Shown piece by piece: positions 54,801 to 64,000 of a stretch of 64,000 nucleotides of DNA. The notes under the pieces are model-generated. The model ran no database searches, was not told where the DNA came from, and worked only from the letters and a program-made list of their open reading frames with translations. Each line of letters starts with the position of its first letter. The first letter of the stretch is position 1. Origin of the DNA: Anaeramoeba ignava BMAN (taxonomy: Eukaryota; Protista; Anaeramoebae). Position numbers and translations under genes: made by a program. The DNA is taken from NCBI GenBank assembly GCA_028826165.1, contig JAPDFW010000103.1, forward strand, positions 930,001-994,000. Direction: 5' to 3'.

Positions 54801-57800
54801 TTATTAATTTAATTTTTAATTATAATAATAAATATTTATTAAATATAAATTATTTACCAAGCTATTTTAATAAATATAAATAATTAATTTTAATAATAAT
54901 TAATAATAATTTAATTTAAAATTAAATTTTATTTTAATTTAAATAATAATATTATTTATTATATTAATATTTTAGATTATTTATTAATTTAATTTTAATT
55001 ATAATAATAAATATTTATTAAATATAAATTATTTACATTCTATTTTTAATAAATATAAATAATTAATTTTAATAATAATTAATAATAATTTAATTTAAAA
55101 TTTATTTTATTTTAAATTGAAATAATAATATTATTTATTATATTAATATTTTAGATTATTTATTAATTTAATTTTAATTATAATAATAATAAATATTTAT
55201 TAAATATAAATTATTTTACCATCTATTTTAATAAATATAAATAATTAATTTTAATAATAATTAATAATAATTTAATTTAAAATTAATTTTTATTTTAAAT
55301 TTAAATAATAATATTATTGATTATATTAATATTTTTGTATTATTTATTAATTTAATTTTAATTATAATAATAAATATTTATTAAATATAAATTATTTTAC
55401 GATCTATTTTAATAAATATAAATAATTAATTTTAATAATAATTAATAATAATTTAATTTAAAATTAATTTTATTTTTAAATTGAAATAATAATATTATTT
55501 ATTATATTAATATTTTGGATTATTTATTAATTTAATTTTAATTATAATAATAAATATTTATTAAATATAAATTATTTACAATCTATTTTAATAAAGATAA
55601 ATAATTAATTTTAATAATAATAATAATTTAATTTTAAAATTAATTTTATTTTAAATTTAAATAATAATATTATTTAATATATTAATATTTTGGATTATTT
55701 ATTAATTTAATTTTAATTAAAATAATAAATATTTATTAAATATAAATTATTTACCAACTGTTTTAATAAAAATAAATAATTAATTTTAATAATAATTAAT
55801 TTAATTTAAAATTAATTTTATTTTAAATTTAAATAATAATATTATTTATTATATTAATATTTTTGGATTATTTATTAATTTAATTTTAATTATAATAATA
55901 AATATTTATTAAATATAAATTATTTACTCTCTATTTTAATAAATATAAATAATTAATTTTAATAATAATTAATAATAATTTAATTTAAAATTAATTTTAT
56001 TTTAAATTTAAATAATAATATTATTTATTATATTAATATTTTGGATTATTTATTAATTTAATTTTAATTATAATAATAAATATTTATTAAATATAAAATT
56101 ATTTACTCCCTATTTTAATAAAGATAAATAATTAATTTTAATAATAATTAATAATAATTTAATTTAAAATTAAATTTTTATTTTAAATTTAAATAATAAT
56201 ATTATTGATTATATTAATATTTTGTATTATTTATTAATTTAATTTTAATTATAATAATAAATATTTATTAAATATAAATTATTTACTCTCTATTTTAATA
56301 AATATAAATAATTAATTTTAATAATAATTAATAATAATTTAATTTAAAATTAATTTTATTTTAAATTAAAATAATAATATTATTTATTATATTAATATTT
56401 TAGATTATTTATTAATTTAATTTTAATTATAATAATAAATATTTATTAAATAAAAATATGATTTATATTTACATCCAAAAATTGGACCATAACTTAAATT
56501 ATAATAAATTGCATTTCCTTCTTTTCCTTGTTTAATTGTAAACTTTTCTGGTTTTCTATCTCCTTTATCATTTCTTAATGAAAAAATAAATGCATTTGAG
56601 TCATTAATCCTTCCTTTATTTCCATTAAATCCAACTTGAGTAAATCCTCCAAAAATAAAATTATCTTTTGTTTTGATAATAACTAATGTTTTTCCTTTTC
56701 CATCAACTGCTTTATGCCAATTTTTAGAATTAAATCCATCTCTTTTTGCTGAAAATCCTTTTTTCATTTTGGAAAAAAAATCATTATTATTTATCCATTC
56801 TTGTAATTTCTTAGCATATTCATTTTCTGTAATAATTTCTGAATCTGAAAAAATCTTCAACAATTTATTTTGATTTTGATTTTCATTTTCATTTTCATTT
56901 TCATTTTGATTTTGATTTTGATTTTGATTTTCATTTTCATTTTCATTTTCATTTTGATTTTGATTTTGATTTTGATTTTGATTTTCATTTTCATTTTGGA
57001 TTTGAATTTGATTTTGATTTTCATTTTGATTTGATTCTTCTTTTTGATTTTCTTTGATTTTTTGTTTCTCTTTTTCAATTTCTTTCTCAAATGATAATTT
57101 AAGATTCTGTATTTCTTCATCTTTTTGTTTGAGAATTTTATCTTTCTTTTCAATTTCAATTTCTTTTTTTTGGTTTTCTTGTTTCAAATTTTGATTTTCA
57201 GATTCAAATAATTTGATTTTCTTATCATTTTCTTTAATTTTTGCTTGAATTTTCTTTTTCCTTATCTTGAAAAAGTTGAGTTTGAAGATCAATTAAAAAA
57301 GAATTTGGAAGAAAAATATCAAATTGTTTTAATTTATCAAAATCTTGTTTTGAAATTGAATCTTTATCAAATAATGAAAAAAAAGAATGAAATAATCTTT
57401 TCTTTGCATTCATTTTGTGTTTATATTTCCTTAATCTTGATGAATTAACTCTTTTTTCAATCCAATTATCCAAAAATTGAAAAAAATCAAATTGAAAAAT
57501 TTCTTTTTTTTCTTGTTTAAATTGAATAAATTTGATAATTTCTTCTTTAGTTAAATTGAATAAATTCTCATTATTCTGAATTTGGGAAAAATTTTGATTT
57601 ATTAATTCAAAACATTTTATTTCAATTTCATTTGAATTTAAATTTCGATTTTGGAATAAAAATTGGAAAAAATTTGAATAATTAATTGAATTTGAAATTT
57701 TTTTTTGAATAATTTCTTTCAATAAATTTAATTTAAAATAAATTGAAATTTCTAATAATTGGATAAGATTTTCTTGATTATCAAAAGAAATATTTCCATA

Positions 57801-58120
57801 ATAAATATAACTCAAAATTGATTCCATTTCTTTTTTATTAAATTGATTTAAAAAAATCTTATTAATCTGATCTCTATCTCTTAAAAACTCATTAAAAAAA
57901 GGAGATCTTGAAGATAAAATTGATTTATGAACTTTAATTTCAAAAGTATTTGGTTCTTTCTCAACAAAAATTGAAAAATCTTTAAATGAATTTCCATTTA
58001 AAAGGTTTGAATAATCTTTAATTAAATTTTTGTTACTTTTTCTAAATTTTTCATTTCATTTTCATTTTTGATTTTTGGTTTTGCATTTTGAATTTGGTTA
58101 TTATCATTATTATTATCCAT
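51806..58120 (-). CDS. BTB/POZ + coiled-coil + TLDc domain protein; exon ~58120-56473, last exon 51972-51806
   Basis: BTB: FKDFSIFV..IKVHKSILSSRSPFF..MESILSYIYYG. TLDc: FSAKRDGFNSKNWHKAVDGKGKTLVIIKTKDNFIFGGFT..AFIFSL..YGPIFG spliced (phase 1, GGAT|gtaaat...aaaacag|AT) to YDFFLSSNLQPGQSDFGTSYNLPNG..YLAGSYKSWIVDELETYFI*. Frameshift ~57240-57290. Confidence 0.88.
51973..56472 (-). repeat. Array of 25 ~180-bp GT...AG intron units separated by variable 3-nt candidate microexons
   Basis: Plus strand shows ttatttac-NNN-ctatttt every ~180 bp, i.e. minus aaaatAG-NNN-GTaaataa; 21 of 24 junctions keep both AG and GT. Confidence 0.9.
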
Positions 58121-58504
58121 TTTGTTTTTTTTTGTTTTTGTTTTTGTTTTTTTTGTTTTTGTTTTTAAAAAGGAAAAATGAAAAAAAATTTAAAAAAAAA
58201 TAAATAAAGGAAGGCAAAAATAAATAAAAATATAAAAATAAGAATAAATTTAAATTAATAATTAATTTAATTTTCTTTTTAATTTATTATTTTAAATTAA
58301 TTTATTAATAAATTATTATTTTTTTTATTAATTTTTTTATTAAAAAAAAGGAAAATTATTTTAATTTAATTTTTAATTTAATTTTTTTTTGGAATTTAAA
58401 AATTATTAATAAATTTAAATTTTAAAACAAATTTCAAATTAATATTAATTCAATTTAATTCAAAAAGATAAAATTTTAATTTCAAAAATCAATTTTCAAA
58501 ATAT

Positions 58505-59050
58505 TTTAAATAATAAAATATTTAAATCTAAAAACAATAAATTATTATTTTAATAATGAAATTAAATATTAAATTATATTTTTAAATTAATTTATAAATT
58601 AAATATTAAATCAAATCTATTCTTATTTTTTATATTTTTATGTTAAATTTTTAAATAATAAAATATTTAAATCTAAAACAATAAATTATTATTTTAATAA
58701 CAAAATTAAATATTAAATTATATTTTTAAATTAATTTACAAATTAAATATTAAATTAAACTCTATTTCCATTTTTATTTTTTATGTTTAATATTTAAATA
58801 ATAAAATATTTAAATTTAAAACAATAAATTATTATTTTAATAATAAAATTAAATATTAAATTATATTTTTAAATTAATTTATTAAATTAAATATTAAATT
58901 AAATCTATTCTTATTTTTATATTTATATGTTAAATATTTAAATAATAAAATATTTAAATCTAAAACAATAAATTATTATTTTAATAATAAAATTAAATAT
59001 TAAATTATATTTTTAAATTGATTATTAAATTAAATACTAAATTAAACTTA
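58505..59050. repeat. ~144-bp AT-rich tandem repeat, ~4 copies
   Basis: aataataaaatatttaaatctaaaacaataaattattatttt at ~58509, 58654, 58797, 58941. Confidence 0.85.
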
Positions 59051-59053
59051 TTC

Positions 59054-59520
59054 TTATTTATTATTAAATTTATTAATTAATAAATCAAATAAATTTGGAT
59101 ATGTTTGATTTAATTGAAAATAATCAATTCCAATTTTAATTTCATTAATGATTTCTTGTTTAATTTGAATATCTTCTTTAATTTGATTTGAATAAATCCA
59201 ATATTCAAATATTTGAAATGATTTATTACTTAATTCACTATAATCTGTAACTTTATTTGATGTATCATTTGTTACAGATAAAAACATTCCTCGATATAAT
59301 TCACTTCTCATTATTAATATTAATTTTGGAAATTTATATTGTTTTTCTTTTCTTTCAATAATAAAATCTTTTTCATTTTCATTTAAATAAATTCTTTTCA
59401 TTGTTTCTTCAATTTTTTCATTTGAATTTATAATTTCTTTAATTTCAGAATATAATTTTGGATTTATTTTGGAATTATTTGAATAAATCATTTCAAATAT
59501 TTGATTTTGATTTTGATTTT
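59054..59520 (-). pseudogene. Orphan 3' fragment of an RCC1-BTB paralog (second BTB-like region only)
   Basis: 145-aa ORF nearly identical to the C-termini of copies 1-4; homology stops upstream in a (CAAAAT)n tract. Confidence 0.8.
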
Positions 59521-59618
59521 GATTTTGATTTTCATTTTGATTTTGATTTTTTTTATTTTTTTAAAAGACAAAAAAAGGAAAAAAATGTTTTGTTTTGAAT
59601 TGATTTTCATTATTAAAA

Positions 59619-61053
59619 TTAAGATTGATAAGTAAAATTATTTTTTTCGAGATTATTTAATTTAGGACCATTATAACCAGCAATATAATAACTTCCATCT
59701 TGTGGACCAAGTTTTTGCAAGGCAATTAAACAAACATCAATCATTGCTCCAACAAAAAAAAATCCACCAGTTAAAAGTTTTAATAATCCAATAGCAGGAT
59801 ATCCAAGATAAAAACGATCAGCTCCAAAAATTCCAAAAAATATTGAATATGCAAGTGCTTGTGAATATGATTTTCCATTACTTTTTTTTTGTTTTTGATT
59901 AGATTAAAATTTAAGTTTTTTTTTTTCATTTTTTTTATAATTTACGTGTATCTGCAAGGTGCTTCAACTTTAAATGTTGTTGAACCTGTACAATTTACAC
60001 CAAAATTAACTGTACAAGAAACTATATTTTTAAATTATAAAATATAAATATAAATATAAATATTTAAAATATAAATATAAATATAAATATTTAAAATATA
60101 AATATAAATATAAATATTTAAAATATAAATATAAATATAAATATAAATATTTAAAATATAAATATAAATATAAATATAAATATAAATATAAATATAAATA
60201 TAAATATAAATATAAATATAATTCTAATTCTAATTTTAATTTAAAAATATTTTTAATTTAATTTTAATTCTAATTTAATTTAAATTAATATTAATTTTAA
60301 TTTTATTTTAAATTTAAATTTTTAATTTAATTTTAATTTTAATTTTAATTTTAATTAATTTTAATTCTAATTCTAATTTTAATTTTAATTTTCTAATTAA
60401 TTTAATTTTAATTTACCCTGAATTCTAATTTAATTTCTAATTCTAATTCTAATTCAATTCTAATCCTAATTTTAATTAATTCTAATTTTAATTTTAATTT
60501 TTCAATTTAATTTTTAATTTTAATTTAATTCCAATTTTTTAATTCTAATTTTAATTTTAATTTTAATTTTAATTTTAATTTTAATTTTAAAATTTTTTTA
60601 ATTTTTTTTTAATTTTAATTTTAATTTTAATTAATTTTAATTCTAATAATTTAATTCTAATTTTAATTTTAATTCTAATTCTAATTCTAATTCTAATTCT
60701 AATTGTAATTTTAATTTTAATTTTAATTTAATTTTAATTTTAATTTTAATTTTAATTTTAATTTTAATTTTAATTTTAATTTTAATTTTAATTTTAATTT
60801 TAATTTTAATTTTAATTTTAATTTTAATTTTAATTTTAATTTTAATTTTAATTATAATTGTAATTTGTAATCTACCTTGTACTTTATTATTTTTTTGACA
60901 ATTTTTTAATTCATAAGTATCTTCATCTATTGAAGGTTTTTCACAAGAATATTGAGAAGGATGAAGATTTGAACATTGAATTGCCAGTACAGTTTCAGAA
61001 AAAATAGAAAAAAAATAAATTAAAGAAATAAAAATAAGGAAAAATCTTTTCAT
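59619..61053 (-). CDS. TM2 domain-containing protein (TM2D1/BBP-like), 3 exons
   Basis: Signal peptide; CSNLHPSQYSC, PCRYT|NGKSYSQALAYSIFFGIFGADRFYLGYPAIGLLKLLTGG..IALQKLGPQDGS. Confidence 0.9.
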
Positions 61054-61313
61054 AAAATTTTTTTTAAATAAGAAAGAAAAAAAATGAAAAAAAAAAAAAA
61101 TAAAAAAATTAAAAAAAAAAAAATAAATTTAATATTAATTTATATATATATAAAAAAATATTAAAATATTAAAATATAATACGTGTTTTTTTTATTAAAT
61201 TTTTAATTAAAAAAAAATAAAAAAAATTTTTTTTTCAATTTTCTTTTTTTCATTTTTTTTTTCAATTTCAATTTTTAATAATAATAATAATAAAATTATA
61301 AATTAATTTACAA

Positions 61314-64000
61314 ATGGCATTATTTTCAATTCAACAAAAATCAATTTGTTCATGGATTCCATTTGTACCAAATAAATTAGAGATAAAAAACGAAGAACAA
61401 GCAAAACAACTTCAAAGTGAAGATTTAATAGTGACAGCACCAATTGAAACAACAAATGAAAATGATTTTTCGTTAAAAATTTTTTCACCAACTTTTTATT
61501 CAGAAAACGAAGAAAAAAAACCAATTTTACTTGGAACGCACCATATAGATTCCTATGTAGAGAAAATAATATGGGGCAAGTCAATTATTCAAGATTCTTT
61601 TCCTTTAGGTGTTTTAGCTGCTGGAATGAATGATGGTTCAATTAATTTGTGGAATCCTAATTCTATTATTCAAAGTGATTCTGAAAATGTTCTTATTTCT
61701 CATGTTTCTCATCATTCTCAAAAAGTTTTGGATTTGGATTTTAATTTTAATAGACCTAATTTATTAGCTACTGGTTCTTCTAAAAATGAAGTAAAATTTT
61801 AATAAAAATTTATTTATAAAATCAAAATTTTAATAAAAATTTATTTATAAATATAAAATTAAAATTAAAATTAAAATTAAAATTAAAATTAAAATTAAAA
61901 TTAAAATTAAAATTAAAATTAAAAAAATTAAAATTAAAATTAAAATTAAAATTAAAATTAAAATTAAAATTAAAATTAAAATTAAAATTAAAATTAAAAT
62001 TAAATTAAAATTAAAATTAAAATTAAAATTAAAATTAAAATAAAATTAAAATTAAAATAAAAAAATTAAAAATAAAAATAAAATTAAAAAAAATCATTTA
62101 TAAAATTAAAAATTATTAAATTAAAATTAAAAAAATCAAAATTAAAATAAAATTAAAATTAAAAATTAAATTAAAATTAAAATTAAAAATTAAAATTAAA
62201 AAATTAAAAAATTAAAATCAAAATTAAAATTAAAATTAAAATTAAAATTAAAATTAAAATTAAAATTAAAATTAAAAATAAAATTAAAATTAAAATTAAA
62301 AATTAAAATTAAAATTAAAATTAAAATTAAAAATTAAAATTAAAATTAAAATTAAAATTAAAAATTAAAATTAAAATTAAAAATTAAAATTAAAAATTAA
62401 AATTAAAATTAAAATTTAAAATTAAAATTAAAAAAATTAAAAATTAAATTAAAATTAAAATTAAAATAAAAATTAAAATAAATTAAAAATTAAAATTAAA
62501 AATAAAAAAATTAAAATTAAAATAAAAATAAAAATTAAAATTAAAATTAAAATTAAAATTAAAATTATAATTAAAATTAATTTATAAATATAAAATTAAA
62601 ATCAAAATTAAAATTAAAATTAAAATTAAAATTAAAATTAAAATTAAAATTAAAATTAAAATTAAAATTAAAATTAAAAATTAGCTTTATATTTGGGATC
62701 TTTCAAATACAGAATCACCTAAAATATATTCACCAATTTCTAAACCAACACCTGAACTTGAAATGACAAGTATTAGATGGAATCCACACAATTCATTTCA
62801 ACATTTTCTTGGATCAACAACATCCAATGGAATAGTATCAGTTTGGAATTTAGCAAATAAACAAGAAATAGCAAAATATACAGATAAAAGAAAAAGAAAA
62901 TTCTCTTCATTAGTTTGGGATCCTGAAATTGTAATTATTGTTATTATTATTTAAATAATATTTAAATTTAAATTTAAATTATTTTTATTTTAAAAAAGCC
63001 AATTAATTTTGTTACAAGTGTTGATGATGAAGATCAACCTTGCACATATTTATGGGATCTTCGAAATAAAAAAACACCAGTTAAAGTAAAAAAATTAAAA
63101 TTCATTTATAAAATTAAAATTAAAATTAAAATTTAAAATTAAAATTAAAATTAAAATAAAATTAAAATTAAAATTTAAAATTAAAATTAAAATTTAAAAT
63201 TAAAATTAAATTAAAATTAAAATTAAAATTCATTTATAAAATTGAATAATAAAATTTAAATTAAAATTAAAAATTAAAAATTAAAAATTAAAATTAAAAT
63301 TATAATTAAAATTAAAATTAAAATTAAAATTATAATAAAAATTAAAATTAAAATTAAAATTCATTTATAAAATTAAAATTCAAAATTAAAATCTAAATTA
63401 AAATTAAAATTAAAATTAAAATTAAAAAAAAAGCAATTTCTAGGTCATAAAAGAGGTGTCGTTTTAGCTTCTTGGTGCCCATTCGATTCACAACTCCTTT
63501 TAACAGCAGGAAGAGACAACAAAATTATCATCTGGAATACAATAACAGGAAAACAAGTAAATGAAATCACAACTGAATCAGGATACCCAACGCATATAGA
63601 ATGGTCAAAAATCACACCATCATTATTTCTTAGTTGCGAATCAGAAGGAAAAATCAACATTCATTCAGCTCAAGAACCAGCAAATGAAACAAACCCATCA
63701 ATATCAGAAATTGTACCCAAATGGATGAAAAAACCAGCAAGTATTTCTTTTGGATTTAAAGGCCAAATCATCTCAACTAAAACTTTGAAATCCCAAAAAG
63801 AATCACAAGTTTCTATTCATCAACCAATTTCAACCGAAAATTTAATGCAAAGAGTTTCTAAACTCAAAAATGCAATTTCGGGAGAAATCAATGAATTGGA
63901 GGATTATTGCCAAGAAAAAATCCAAAACGAACCTGATTCAAAAGAATTTTGGCAATTGGTTCAAATTGTGTCAAGTCAAGATGAACGCAAAAAATTGCAA
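61314..64000 (+). CDS. SEC31: COPII outer coat WD40 protein Sec31 (5' part; continues beyond window)
   Basis: GVLAAGMNDGSINLWNP, LDFNFNRPNLLATG, LWDLRN, GHKRGVVLASWCPFDSQLLLTAGRDN, PKWMKKPASISFGF. Confidence 0.88.

Noticed and set aside
51973-56472. CRISPR array (constant repeat + variable spacer)
   Set aside because: Eukaryotic intron, ~177-bp repeats with 3-nt spacers, and no cas genes; splice signals explain the structure better.
20439-57292. Programmed frameshifting or alternative genetic code to explain split ORFs
   Set aside because: Most breaks fall in A/T homopolymers typical of long-read consensus error, and TAA and TGA both end intact genes normally.
60411-60424. Possible 1-nt exon (cag|G|gtaaat) in the TM2 intron
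   Set aside because: The flanking exons already join in frame (G+TT = Val), so inclusion would frameshift; it is a single occurrence in a noisy repeat.
1-64000. tRNA/rRNA genes, transposases, inteins, telomeric repeats
   Set aside because: None recognisable by inspection; a covariance-model or HMM search would be needed to exclude them formally.

Overview
Extremely AT-rich, gene-dense eukaryotic (protist) DNA with GT-AG introns filled with simple repeats. The gene content (RCC1-BTB tandem array, BTB-TLDc, TCATTTT initiator-like motifs) is reminiscent of the metamonad Anaeramoeba; this is inference and unverified. About 19 protein-coding genes are recognisable: USP25/28-like deubiquitinase, nucleotidyltransferase-fold protein, RRM protein, fimbrin-like EF/CH-coiled-coil-PH protein, PD-(D/E)xK-like protein, cathepsin L-like protease, PH protein, divergent actin-like protein, HVA22/DP1 protein, CxxC-less PDI, four RCC1-BTB paralogs plus an orphan fragment, AGC kinase, F-box/TMEM185-like protein, BTB-TLDc, TM2D1-like and SEC31. 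Many single-base frameshifts lie in homopolymers and are probably consensus errors. The standout feature is the last intron of the BTB-TLDc gene (51973-56472, minus strand). It is a tandem array of 25 near-identical ~180-bp intron units separated by hypervariable, mostly 3-nt spacers flanked by AG and GT. This is a candidate combinatorial single-codon microexon cassette that would diversify the loop after the TLDc GPxFG motif. A sister satellite without splice sites lies just downstream of the gene. A 'ghost' of the cathepsin gene is interleaved in the 155-bp satellite upstream of the real gene.
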